A stretch of DNA of 64,000 nt from an uncultured Candidatus Saccharibacteria bacterium (GTDB lineage: Bacteria; Patescibacteriota; Doudnabacteria; UBA920), in the NCBI GenBank assembly GCA_964416765.1, contig CAYQEU010000001.1:340480-404479 (forward strand), given 5' to 3'. The notes beneath the pieces were generated by a model, which was given only the letters and a program-made list of their open reading frames with translations, had not been told where the DNA came from and did not search any database. The position numbers and the translations under genes are program-made. Numbering within the stretch: position 1 is the first letter of the stretch; every line of letters starts with the position of its first letter. This document shows, one piece after another, positions 9,961 to 19,228 of this stretch.

Positions 9961-10140
9961 AAAATTAATAAATCCCAGGACCAATCTTTCGCTACGGCAA
10001 AAGAACAATCCTGGGGTCATTTATTTATAGATGACGTTTCCGTCCCAGTTTGCGGCGATTTTAGCGCCGCCTTTTTATGAAACTTGCTTGGCTTCCCCGG
10101 TTGGTAGCCGGATCACAAGCCAAAGGAACCTAAATAACTA
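9961..10140 (-). ncRNA. T-box riboswitch (Thr specifier ACC), ultrashort Stem I, transcription-attenuator type
   Basis: K-turn Stem I at 10088-10123 with loop CUACCAA; Stem III at 10052-10070; antiterminator CUGGG-ACGGAAAC-GUCAU...AUGAC-CCCAG; competing hairpin at 9973-10016 followed by a U-rich run; directly upstream of thrS. Confidence 0.8.
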
Positions 10141-10147
10141 TAAAGAT

Positions 10148-10176
10148 ATTATATCACTGGCCGCCAACCTTGGCAA
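10148..10176 (-). promoter_or_regulatory. thrS promoter overlapping the dnaE 3' end
   Basis: TTGCCA, 17 bp, TATAAT with extended TGn. Confidence 0.75.
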
Positions 10177-13100
10177 TTTGGGGCAACGAACGAAGGGACT
10201 GAACCAGTTCCGCGCTCACCCGTACCTGGGAATTGGTTTTCAGTTTCTTTTCCCCTCCCGGTCCGGTAATGCGGAGGTAAACTTGGGCATACCCCGGTGC
10301 TGCTTCAATAATATCCTTGATCTTGAGCAGAGTATCCTGGGAACTGTCGTTGAGGTAAATCACCACTTCTTTGGTTTTTTCCATTTCATCCAAAGCCATG
10401 GTGTAAAGCTCGTCATTGGGCAGCTGAGAAATTTCATCCGCAATTATTTTGAATTCACCATCCTTGTCGGAAACTTTTCCCTTTACCTGGATAATGCGGT
10501 CGAGATCCAGATAGGGAACCGCTACCGCCATGAGTTTAGGGAATACCAAAACTTCAATATCGCCGGATAAATCCTGCAGCGTAAAGAACGCCATGGGATC
10601 GTTCTTTTTGGTGAGTGTGCGCTTGAATTTGGAAATGAGCCCGCCTAGGGTCACCTGTGTACCGGCGGATAAACCCGGGAGTTTGATAATTTCAGTATAG
10701 CTGGATAAAACCTGCTTATAGCTGTCTAGTGGATGGGCTGACACATAAAGCCCCAGATGTTCTTTCTCCCACAGGAGCATTTGTTCCATTGTTGCGGGGT
10801 CCGCGTCAGTCAGAACTACTTTTCCGAACCGGACGTCGCTGCCAAACAGGGAAGCCTGGGTACTCTTGCTGTCATTGGTTTGCTCTCGGATGAACGCGAG
10901 AACTTTTTCCGTGTTGGACAGCAACATGTTCCGTTCGCCAAATTTATCAAGGGCGCCTGACTTTACCAGCGCTTCCCAGGATTTTTTGTTCAGGTTCTTG
11001 GTTTGGCAATGGATAAGGAAGTCGTGGAGCGACTCGAATTTTTGGCCAGCCTTGTGGCACTCAATTATCTTGTCGACCACGTCAGAACCCAAGTTTTTAA
11101 TTGCCTTAAGCCCAAACCGGATTGTTTTTTCGTCTATAACAGTGAAGTTGTCCCAACTCTCGGTAACATCCGGTGGCAGCACCGTGATCCCGAGGTTGCC
11201 GCACTCTTCCACGGCGGCATAGATTTTCTCTTCATCGCCGGACTCTGCTGTCATGACGGCGGCCATAAATTCTACCGGATAGTTCGCTTTCATGTAGGCG
11301 GTCTGATAGGAAACTACGGCGTAAGAAGCAGAATGGGACTTGTTGAAACCGTAAGCCGCGAATGGCTCAATCCAGTTCCAGATTTCACTGGCTTTTTCGT
11401 AACTCCACCCTGAAGTGTCCTGGCACCCTTGGATGAACTTAATTTTTTGCTTGGCCATCTCGGCCGGGATCTTTTTTCCTACAGCTTTGCGGAATTTATC
11501 GACTTCTTCGAAGGTGTAACCGGCCAAGTCATGCGCGATAGTAAGCAAATCATCTTGGTATACCAAAATACCGTAAGTCCGGTGCAGGATCTTTTCCAGA
11601 GCGGGGTCCTGGTAACGGACCAGTTCGGGGTTGTGTTTGCGCCTAATGTAATCAGGCAAGAATTGCATTGGACCCGGTCGGTACAACGCGATCATGGCCA
11701 TGATGTCGAATATGGTGTTTGGCTTGAGGTCACGCAGGTAGTGGGTCATTCCGGACGAACCAAGCTGGAACACACCGAAAGTTAACCCATCAGACAACAG
11801 TTTGAAAGTTTTGGGATCGGGGTGGGGGAGGTTATAAATATCAACTTCTATCCCGTGCCGGATTTTTACCAGCTTCACCGCTTCTTCCAATATGGAAAGG
11901 TTGCGGATACCCAGAAGGTCCAGTTTGATTGCCCCAATGGCATCGCCCTTGGCGTTAACGTCCAGCGAGTACATGTCATATTGGGTGATCATGCGGTTGC
12001 CATCCGGTTCACGCTGCAGCGGCATGTAGTGGGTGAGCGGCTCGGGGGTAATAACAATTCCGGCGGCGTGGATGGAAGCGTGGCGTGCGCACCCTTCAAG
12101 TTTCCGCGCGATGGTCAAAATTTTATGCGTTTCCGGGTCTGAGCTGTAGATCTGGTTGAGTTCTGGGTTCATCCCCAGGGCTTTGTCCAGAGTCATGTCG
12201 AACCCCTGTTTGCCGAGCGGGATCATTTTCGCGATGCGGTCACACTTGCCGTAAGAGATGCCCAACGCTCTGCCGACATCACGCACCGCGGCGCGGGCCT
12301 TCATGGTTCCGAAGGTGATAATTTGCGCCACTTTGTCGCGGCCAAACTCTTCGGTCATCCACTCGATGACTTCATCGCGCCGGTTGTCCGCGATATCCAA
12401 ATCAATATCCGGCGGCGTGGGACGGTGCATGGTAAGGAAACGCTCAAACGGCAGTTCATAATATAGAGGATCAACGTTAGTAATGCCAAGAATTTTGCCA
12501 ACAATACTGCCAGCCGCTGAACCCCTGGTGTTAGTAATCGCTTTGAGTTCGTGGGCACCTTCCACCACACGCGCCACCATGAGGAAGTAAGGGGCAAAGC
12601 CCTTACTGCAAATGATATCCAGTTCATAATCAATGCGCTCCATGATATCAACCGGTACGTGGCCCTGGTCATTGCCGTAGCTGTCTTTAGCTTGGTCCAG
12701 CACAATTTCCTTTAGGTAACTTTCGTAAGTGTGCCCGGATGGAATATTAACGCGAGGGAAGTAGCGCTGGTTAACAGGAATTTCCAAGTCGCATCGTTCC
12801 GCGATTGCTTCAGTGTTGGTTACCGCTTCCGGGATATCAGCGAACAGAGCTTCCATTTCCTGGCTATTACGGAAGGATAGGTTATGGCTGCGCATGTCCA
12901 ATCGGTTGGCGTCGTCCACGGTGCGCCCGGTCCCAATACAGACCATGATATCCTGCGCTTCGGCGTCGTCAGTGTGAATGTAGTGGCTGTCGGCGGTGGC
13001 GACGATGCCAACCCCGGTGGCTTTGCCTAATTTAATCAGGTTATCGTTGAGCTTGTTTTGGACGGTGATGTCCCCGTCAATTAGAGCATTGCGTTGGATT

Positions 13101-13615
13101 TCCAGGAAAAAGTTTTCCGCCCCGAAAATGTTTATGTACTCTTGGAGTTTTGCCGCTGCTTTGTCATCGGATTCATCAAAGGCTCGGGCGATTTCCCCGC
13201 GTTGGCAGCCGGATAATGCTATGAGCCCTTCACTATATTTAGCTAGGACCTCACGATCGATACGCGGCTTATAGTAAAACCCTTCGGTACTGCCGACTGT
13301 GGCTAGCTCCATAAGGTTTAAATACCCCTGATAATTTTGCGCCAGCAGGGTAAGGTGGTAATAGTCAGCGTCGAGCCGGCCTTCCTTGTCGGTCATGCGG
13401 CGCGGCGCTATGTAAGCCTCCATCCCGATGATCGGTTTTATTCCCGTGGCTTTGCAGGCGTTGTAAAATTCGACTGCGCCATACATAACCCCGTGGTCCG
13501 TTATGGCGACCGCTTTCATGTCACGCTCCAGGGCAGCATTAACTATGTCATCGATTTTCGATAACCCATCAAGGAGGGAGTAGTGGCTGTGGCAATGGAG
13601 GTGAACAAATGACAT
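10154..13615 (-). CDS. dnaE: DNA polymerase III alpha subunit
   Basis: PHP domain HLHCHSHYSLLDG, RGSAAGS, PDIDLD, YGFNKSH, OB fold. Confidence 0.97.
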   Translation of the reverse strand: MSFVHLHCHSHYSLLDGLSKIDDIVNAALERDMKAVAITDHGVMYGAVEFYNACKATGIKPIIGMEAYIAPRRMTDKEGRLDADYYHLTLLAQNYQGYLNLMELATVGSTEGFYYKPRIDREVLAKYSEGLIALSGCQRGEIARAFDESDDKAAAKLQEYINIFGAENFFLEIQRNALIDGDITVQNKLNDNLIKLGKATGVGIVATADSHYIHTDDAEAQDIMVCIGTGRTVDDANRLDMRSHNLSFRNSQEMEALFADIPEAVTNTEAIAERCDLEIPVNQRYFPRVNIPSGHTYESYLKEIVLDQAKDSYGNDQGHVPVDIMERIDYELDIICSKGFAPYFLMVARVVEGAHELKAITNTRGSAAGSIVGKILGITNVDPLYYELPFERFLTMHRPTPPDIDLDIADNRRDEVIEWMTEEFGRDKVAQIITFGTMKARAAVRDVGRALGISYGKCDRIAKMIPLGKQGFDMTLDKALGMNPELNQIYSSDPETHKILTIARKLEGCARHASIHAAGIVITPEPLTHYMPLQREPDGNRMITQYDMYSLDVNAKGDAIGAIKLDLLGIRNLSILEEAVKLVKIRHGIEVDIYNLPHPDPKTFKLLSDGLTFGVFQLGSSGMTHYLRDLKPNTIFDIMAMIALYRPGPMQFLPDYIRRKHNPELVRYQDPALEKILHRTYGILVYQDDLLTIAHDLAGYTFEEVDKFRKAVGKKIPAEMAKQKIKFIQGCQDTSGWSYEKASEIWNWIEPFAAYGFNKSHSASYAVVSYQTAYMKANYPVEFMAAVMTAESGDEEKIYAAVEECGNLGITVLPPDVTESWDNFTVIDEKTIRFGLKAIKNLGSDVVDKIIECHKAGQKFESLHDFLIHCQTKNLNKKSWEALVKSGALDKFGERNMLLSNTEKVLAFIREQTNDSKSTQASLFGSDVRFGKVVLTDADPATMEQMLLWEKEHLGLYVSAHPLDSYKQVLSSYTEIIKLPGLSAGTQVTLGGLISKFKRTLTKKNDPMAFFTLQDLSGDIEVLVFPKLMAVAVPYLDLDRIIQVKGKVSDKDGEFKIIADEISQLPNDELYTMALDEMEKTKEVVIYLNDSSQDTLLKIKDIIEAAPGYAQVYLRITGPGGEKKLKTNSQVRVSAELVQSLRSLPQIAKVGGQ

Positions 13616-13660
13616 TCGGCCTTGTTTTTTGCTATAATATATTCATCATAACATAATCAG

Positions 13661-14539
13661 ATGGCCAAAATACAAGAACAAATAGAGGTCATAAAAGGCA
13701 CCGCGGTAATTGCCGCTGAAGAGTCCGGCCTGTCAGCGAAGCGTTTTTTCTCCTCAATGTCAAAGTGGCAGAAATTGGCGTTTTTTATTTGCGCCGTGTT
13801 GATCATTCCCGGTTACTTTGCCAGTTTTTACGTGGCCAAGACCATAACCGCCGCCAAATATAAGAACGGTTTGCTTGCGGCCCATCCCGCTTTTGCCGAA
13901 TCCAAGCCAATTAGCGCTACCCCGGTAAAAGTTTTCAAAATCTCCGAAAACCAGTTTACCGCTTATTTCCAAGTGACCAACAACAACCTCGATCTTGTAG
14001 CGCCGGAAATACCTTATTCTGTGGACTTTTATAATGCTGCCAGCGAAAAGGTTTCTTCTTACAACGCCACTTTTTTCCTTCTGCCTGACCAGAAGAAATT
14101 CATTATAGTGCCCCGCGTCAGCAGTACCGATGAAATCGTTTCCGCAAAGCTCAATATAACCCAAGCGAAATGGCAAAAACGCCTAAATATTCCGGATGTG
14201 TCGTTTACCACTCCTACCCCTGATGTTTATGATGACGACGCCTTACCGCAGCTGGTGGTAGAAGGTTCGGTAATAAATAAAAGCGCTTACGCGATACAAA
14301 ATATCCAAATTGTGTTTGTCCTGTTTGATAAATCGGGCAACGTTTCCACCGTTAGTGCCCGTTCCGAAAATAATATCGCCGCGTTCGGCCGCCGCGCTTA
14401 CAAACAGCTGTGGCCGGGCCTGCAGGCCAGCCAAATTTCTAAAGTCCAAGTTTTCGTCGATGTTAATACTTTAGATACCAGCAACTTACACTATGAACCT
14501 GCAGGCAGCTCCTCAGCCGATAATCCTGAACTGCAATAA
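13661..14539 (+). CDS. Membrane-anchored extracytoplasmic hypothetical protein with beta-rich (Ig-like) domains
   Basis: Single N-terminal TM, beta-rich remainder; stop overlaps rodA start (TAATG). Confidence 0.7.
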   Translation: MAKIQEQIEVIKGTAVIAAEESGLSAKRFFSSMSKWQKLAFFICAVLIIPGYFASFYVAKTITAAKYKNGLLAAHPAFAESKPISATPVKVFKISENQFTAYFQVTNNNLDLVAPEIPYSVDFYNAASEKVSSYNATFFLLPDQKKFIIVPRVSSTDEIVSAKLNITQAKWQKRLNIPDVSFTTPTPDVYDDDALPQLVVEGSVINKSAYAIQNIQIVFVLFDKSGNVSTVSARSENNIAAFGRRAYKQLWPGLQASQISKVQVFVDVNTLDTSNLHYEPAGSSSADNPELQ

Positions 14540-15639
14540 TGAAACCATTTTTTGATAGATTTAAGTACTTTGATACTCCGCTGCTAATTATCAGCGGATT
14601 ATTAATCTTGGTTGGTGTGGTGCTTATTTATGGCACGTCTCGGTCAGGGGATACCATGAGCGTGTTTTACCGCCAGGGGATTTATGTCCTTATCGGAATC
14701 CCAATCTTCTTGGGCTTTGCCTGGTCTAACTACCAGCAGTTGGCGAAAATAAACCGAACGGTATATGTTGTGCTTCTTCTGTTCCTGCTTTACCTTTTAA
14801 TTTTTGGTGATCCGATTCGGGGTTCGGCGCGATGGATTGACTTTGGGGTATTCAACCTCCAGCCAGCGGAGTTTGCCAAAATCTCCGTGATCCTTGGATT
14901 GTCACGGTGGCTCTACCTAAGACGGGGGCAAATTAACTCTTTGTCTAATATCATTTTAACTTTTGTGTACGCTGCAGCCCCAGCGGTATTGATTTTGAAA
15001 CAACCCGACTTGGGATCCGCTTCGGTAATTATGGTGATTTGGTTCGGCTTGCTTTTGGTGAGCCAAATCCAGAAACGCTATCTGGTCGGTGTGGTGCTAG
15101 TCGCGATTGTTTTGTCTTTGTTTGGCTGGAAATTCGTTCTGCATGACTACCAAAAAAAGCGCGTGGAAGTATTTCTTAACCCTTCCCTGGATTTACGCAG
15201 TACCGGTTATAATGTTCGCCAGGCTACTATTGCCGTGGGAAGCGGTGGTTTGTTTGGGAGGGGACTCGGACACGGACTACAAAGCGAGCTGAAGTTCTTA
15301 CCGGAACGGCAGACAGACTTTATTTTCGCCTCGGCATCCGAAGAAATCGGCTTTGTAGGCTGTATATCTCTGCTGGTGTTATATTACTTATTCGCGTGGC
15401 GATTAATATTGATAATGCGCCAGGCCAAAGACGACCTGGGGTATTATATTGTAGCGGGGGTGCTGTTTATGTTCTTTACCCAAGTCACAGTTAATATCGG
15501 CATTAACATCGGGCTTTTGCCGGTTACCGGGATTCCGCTACCGTTCCTGAGTTATGGGGGAAGTTCCTTGCTGGTTTTGATGGCCGCGCTCGGCATTGTC
15601 CAAAGCGTTTCCCGGCAGTCCAGAATTCTCCGGTTCTAA
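14539..15639 (+). CDS. rodA: SEDS peptidoglycan glycosyltransferase RodA
   Basis: GSARWI, QPAEFAK, QPDLGS, LPERQTDFIF, GIPLPFLSYGGSS. Confidence 0.92.
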   Translation: MKPFFDRFKYFDTPLLIISGLLILVGVVLIYGTSRSGDTMSVFYRQGIYVLIGIPIFLGFAWSNYQQLAKINRTVYVVLLLFLLYLLIFGDPIRGSARWIDFGVFNLQPAEFAKISVILGLSRWLYLRRGQINSLSNIILTFVYAAAPAVLILKQPDLGSASVIMVIWFGLLLVSQIQKRYLVGVVLVAIVLSLFGWKFVLHDYQKKRVEVFLNPSLDLRSTGYNVRQATIAVGSGGLFGRGLGHGLQSELKFLPERQTDFIFASASEEIGFVGCISLLVLYYLFAWRLILIMRQAKDDLGYYIVAGVLFMFFTQVTVNIGINIGLLPVTGIPLPFLSYGGSSLLVLMAALGIVQSVSRQSRILRF

Positions 15640-15681
15640 TTTTACCCTCTGACTTGCTAATGATATAATCAAGGTAGAAAT

Positions 15682-16038
15682 ATGAAAAATATGGACTTTA
15701 AAAAAGTTATGGCTTGGTTAGGGCTAATCCTGCGCTGCCCGGTTTGTAACCATAAATACGATTTAGGGAAAATTGACCTGCTCGACAGTGAAAACGGAGA
15801 TGAAGGGGATACTCATTTGCTCATCCATTCCGACTGCAGCCGCTGCAAAAGTTCAGTTATGTTTAGTATTGATATCAATGGTCCGGAAATATACAGCGTT
15901 GGAATTATCACCGACCTGACCAGTAAAGATAGCGCTAAATTCAGCAAGTTTGGACCGATTGAAGTCGACGAAGTTATTGGAATTCATAGGGATTTAAAGA
16001 ACTTTAAGGGCGACCTGGTTAAAGCTCTCGGCAAGTAA
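15682..16038 (+). CDS. Hypothetical protein with putative Zn ribbon
   Basis: CPVC...CSRC pairs. Confidence 0.75.
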   Translation: MKNMDFKKVMAWLGLILRCPVCNHKYDLGKIDLLDSENGDEGDTHLLIHSDCSRCKSSVMFSIDINGPEIYSVGIITDLTSKDSAKFSKFGPIEVDEVIGIHRDLKNFKGDLVKALGK

Positions 16039-16055
16039 ATATCGCAGGTTAAGAC

Positions 16056-16082
16056 AAAGTCCCTTATTTAAGGGACTTTTTT
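16056..16082 (+). terminator. Intrinsic terminator
   Basis: AAAGTCCCTT-ATTT-AAGGGACTTT plus T run. Confidence 0.75.
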
Positions 16083-16157
16083 GTTACTATAGTATGTCAG
16101 GCTTGCTTATTTCAACGAAATTTGGTAAAATATCGCAGTATACTAATTACTTTACAG

Positions 16158-16817
16158 ATGGACAAAATTCAACTCGAAAGCAAAGCCCGCGATATTCAGA
16201 CTGATGTCGTCAGCAAACTCCGGAAGGAAGGGTTTATCCCAGCCGAATTGTACGGCCACAACGTACCCAACATTCACCTGGCAATCAGCCAAAATGTTTT
16301 TGAAAAGGTATTCCGCAAGGCGGGTGAAAGTACTATTATCGAACTGCTGGACCCGTCCGGCAAGGTTCATAATGTCCTGATCCAGGACGTGCAAAAGCAC
16401 TACCTGACCAGCGAACCTATTCACGTGGATTTCTACGAAGTTAAGATGACCGAAAAGCTGACCGCTACTGTTGAACTGGAATTCGTTGGTGAAGCTAAGG
16501 CAGTTCGCGAATTGGGCGGTACTCTCTTGAAAGTTCTCACCCAGGTTGACGTTCAGTGTTTGCCCGCCGACCTCCCAAGTGTAATCGAAGTTGATATTGC
16601 CTCATTGAACAATTTTGATGACGTAATTGCCATCAAAGATTTGAAAGTTTCGGACAAGGTCGAAGTACTGGGCGAACCTGAAGAAGTTGTTGCCAAGGTA
16701 CAGGCACCTCGTGACGTTGAAGCTGAACTGGCTGAACCCGTCGGCGAAGTGGACGTTACTCAGGTTGAAGGCGTGGCCGACGCTCCGACTCCGGAAGCCG
16801 GCGAAGCCAAGGAATAA
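16158..16817 (+). CDS. rplY: 50S ribosomal protein L25 (long Ctc/TL5 form)
   Basis: LRKEGFIPAELYG, IHVDFY; acidic C-terminal tail. Confidence 0.93.
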   Translation: MDKIQLESKARDIQTDVVSKLRKEGFIPAELYGHNVPNIHLAISQNVFEKVFRKAGESTIIELLDPSGKVHNVLIQDVQKHYLTSEPIHVDFYEVKMTEKLTATVELEFVGEAKAVRELGGTLLKVLTQVDVQCLPADLPSVIEVDIASLNNFDDVIAIKDLKVSDKVEVLGEPEEVVAKVQAPRDVEAELAEPVGEVDVTQVEGVADAPTPEAGEAKE

Positions 16818-16827
16818 TCTCAATTTT

Positions 16828-16856
16828 AAAAACTCCCGCAGACGCGGGAGTTTTTT
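16828..16856. terminator. Bidirectional intrinsic terminator
   Basis: AAAAACTCCCGC-AGAC-GCGGGAGTTTTT. Confidence 0.8.
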
Positions 16857-17646
16857 ATTTCCAATTTATTTCCGCGTAGCGGATCAACCCGCGGAAATCC
16901 TTAAAGAATTTAACGGATTGTTGTTTTGTAAGGGCGCTTTGGATGGGTGTTTTGGATGCCGGATCAATTTCTAACAGCATGGTCCCTTTTGGCGCCAGGT
17001 GAGATTCGGCTTCTTTAAGAAATATTGCAATTAGGCGGGAGTTATCACTGCCGTCCGTCAGCGCCAATTTGGGTTCGTACTTTAAATTTTGTTGTAGTTT
17101 TTTGTAATCAGTGAGGGGGACGTAGGGGAGATTGGCGATAATCAAATCAAATTGGCCTTTTATTCTGGATAGCAAGTTGGAATGTACAAAGTTTACTTTC
17201 GTCTTAAGGGCTCGATTATTAGCGCGGGCAACTGCTAAAGCCTTAGGAGAAATATCGCTGGCCATAACAGGGATTTTTGCGGACTTTGATAGCGCTACCG
17301 CGATGACCCCGGAACCCGTACCAACATCCAGTACCTTTGGAGTCCGGTAATGCTTTAAATGATGCAACGCCCGGTCCACTAGCCACTCGCTTTCCGGGCG
17401 GGGGATTAATACATCACGATTAACTTTAAATTTTAGACCGTAAAAATATTTGTAACCTAGGAGATAAGCAGCCGGTTCTCCTCGGGATCTCCGTTTACAT
17501 AAATCCTTAAACTTCTTTTCTTGCGCTTGGGTTATATTTTTGGCTGGATTCATTAACAAAAACTCCTTGGATTTGTTTAACACATGCCCAAGGAGGAGGT
17601 CAGTTTCTATAGCGCTTTTATGGGAAAGAGCTTCGTGGATGGTCAT
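16855..17646 (-). CDS. prmC: Release factor glutamine methyltransferase
   Basis: [20 protein letters not shown]; downstream of prfA. Confidence 0.93.
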   Translation of the reverse strand: MTIHEALSHKSAIETDLLLGHVLNKSKEFLLMNPAKNITQAQEKKFKDLCKRRSRGEPAAYLLGYKYFYGLKFKVNRDVLIPRPESEWLVDRALHHLKHYRTPKVLDVGTGSGVIAVALSKSAKIPVMASDISPKALAVARANNRALKTKVNFVHSNLLSRIKGQFDLIIANLPYVPLTDYKKLQQNLKYEPKLALTDGSDNSRLIAIFLKEAESHLAPKGTMLLEIDPASKTPIQSALTKQQSVKFFKDFRGLIRYAEINWK

Positions 17647-18713
17647 TCTGCCAGGCTTTCTTTTTTGAGGTTTAATTCTGCCAGCTTCAGAGCGTTTACT
17701 ATATCATCAAGCTTTCCTTCCATAATCAGGTATATCTGGTTGAAGTTTTGGTTGATGCGGTGGTCGGTGATGCGGTCCTGAGGGAAGTTGTAGGTGCGGA
17801 TCTTTTCGCTGCGGTCACCGGTACCAATTTGTCCACGGCGCTGTGCTTTGAGCTTGCTCTCTTCAATTTCCCGGTAGTGAGCGGAAACGCGGGCGCGGAT
17901 AACTTCCAAAGCCTTTTCTTTGTTTTGGGCCTGGCTTCGTTCGTCTTGGCACTGCGCGGTTATTCCCGTTGGGATGTGGACAATGCGGATAGCGGAGTAT
18001 GTAGTGTTAACGCTTTGCCCGCCATGTCCCGAAGATGTGGTCGCTTCAATTTTTAGATCTTTCGGGTCAATCTGGAAATCTTTTTCCTCCACTTCCGGCA
18101 AAACCGCGACGGTAATGGTAGAGGTGTGGACGCGGCCGGCTTTTTCGGTTTCCGGTACTCTTTGCACGCGATGCACCCCGGATTCATATTTAAAGTAGCT
18201 GTATGGTCCATTGGCGGAACGTCCTTTGCCGTTGACTTCAAATACAATTTCCTTAAAACCGCCTACTTCGCTTTTGGAAGAAGAAACTACGTGGACGGAC
18301 AGGCCCAGGCTTTCTGCATACTTACCGTAGGCGCGGAACAGTTCCGCGGCAAACAAAGTGGATTCGTCGCCTCCGGCTCCGGCGCGCATCTCAATGATAA
18401 TGTTATTCCCATCCAGCGGGTCTTTCGGAAGCAGGTCAGTTTCGATTTCTTCTTCCAGATTCGCTGCTTCCAGTTCCTGGGTTTTTAATTCCTCTTCGGC
18501 CATGCTTCGCAATTCCGCGTCGTCGCCCGCGGCAATTTCTTTATTTCCTGCAATGTTCTTTTCCAGCTTTTGCAGGCGTTCTATTTTGGAAACGGCATCC
18601 TGAATTTCTGACTGCCGTTTGCCTAATTGGCTAAGTTGATCCGGGCTGGCGGAGGACAAGGCCTCAGACAGTTCATGGTATTCCTTTAAAACTTTTTCAA
18701 AAGCAGGTTTCAT
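17643..18713 (-). CDS. prfA: Peptide chain release factor 1
   Basis: [14 protein letters not shown] (PxT), [13 protein letters not shown]. Confidence 0.96.
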   Translation of the reverse strand: MKPAFEKVLKEYHELSEALSSASPDQLSQLGKRQSEIQDAVSKIERLQKLEKNIAGNKEIAAGDDAELRSMAEEELKTQELEAANLEEEIETDLLPKDPLDGNNIIIEMRAGAGGDESTLFAAELFRAYGKYAESLGLSVHVVSSSKSEVGGFKEIVFEVNGKGRSANGPYSYFKYESGVHRVQRVPETEKAGRVHTSTITVAVLPEVEEKDFQIDPKDLKIEATTSSGHGGQSVNTTYSAIRIVHIPTGITAQCQDERSQAQNKEKALEVIRARVSAHYREIEESKLKAQRRGQIGTGDRSEKIRTYNFPQDRITDHRINQNFNQIYLIMEGKLDDIVNALKLAELNLKKESLAE

Positions 18714-18731
18714 AACGTTATTAGTATAATA

Positions 18732-18758
18732 CAAAACCACCCATTACGGGCGGTTTTG
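18732..18758 (-). terminator. Terminator after rpmE
   Basis: CAAAACCGCCC-GTAAT-GGGTGGTTTTG on the minus strand. Confidence 0.65.
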
Positions 18759-18776
18759 GTCGAAGGCAATAAGAAG

Positions 18777-19034
18777 TTAAGCGCGAGGAGAACGGGTTTT
18801 GCGGACCTTTTTTTCGGTCTTTACTGTCGCTGCAGCTGCAGCCAGGCGCTTCTTGAAACGGTCAACGTTTCCGGTCGAGTCAATAAGCTTCTGTTTTCCT
18901 GTGAAAAACGGGTGGCAGGCGCTGCAAATTTCAGTGTAAATGCTCTCGCTCGTCGAACCAGTAACAAAAGAATTACCGCAAGCGCAGGTAACTGTTACAG
19001 CCGTATTGTATTGTGGGTGGATACCTGATTTCAT
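18777..19034 (-). CDS. rpmE: 50S ribosomal protein L31 (Zn-binding type)
   Basis: [23 protein letters not shown]. Confidence 0.96.
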   Translation of the reverse strand: MKSGIHPQYNTAVTVTCACGNSFVTGSTSESIYTEICSACHPFFTGKQKLIDSTGNVDRFKKRLAAAAATVKTEKKVRKTRSPRA

Positions 19035-19068
19035 TATCGAAAATCCTTGTTTTAAGACTTGTTTGTAT

Positions 19069-19110
19069 ATTATAGAGAGATTTGCATTTTTAGTCAAGGT
19101 AGTGTATAAT
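19069..19110. promoter_or_regulatory. Overlapping divergent promoters for rpmE and rpsB
   Basis: Plus strand TTGCAT (19082), 17 bp, TATAAT (19105); minus strand TTGACT (19097), 17 bp, TATAAT (19074). Confidence 0.7.
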
Positions 19111-19131
19111 CACATAGTTATTAATCTAACA

Positions 19132-19205
19132 TATTCCGCAGGTTTTCCTGTCCTAAATTCTCGCTTTAGCAAGCCTAAAGGAGCAAATATAGGATCCGCG
19201 GGATA
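19132..19205 (+). promoter_or_regulatory. Structured rpsB 5' leader (candidate S2 autoregulatory element)
   Basis: TATTCCGC/GCGGGATA closing stem enclosing further hairpins. Confidence 0.5.
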
Positions 19206-19228
19206 GAAGCAGAAAGGAAGCATATAAT

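Noticed and set aside
10031-10570. 179-aa ORF overlapping the thrS leader and the dnaE end
   Set aside because: Antisense to dnaE and the T-box; no recognisable protein features
10154-13615. Intein or intron in dnaE
   Set aside because: Normal length and continuous motifs; no splicing signatures seen
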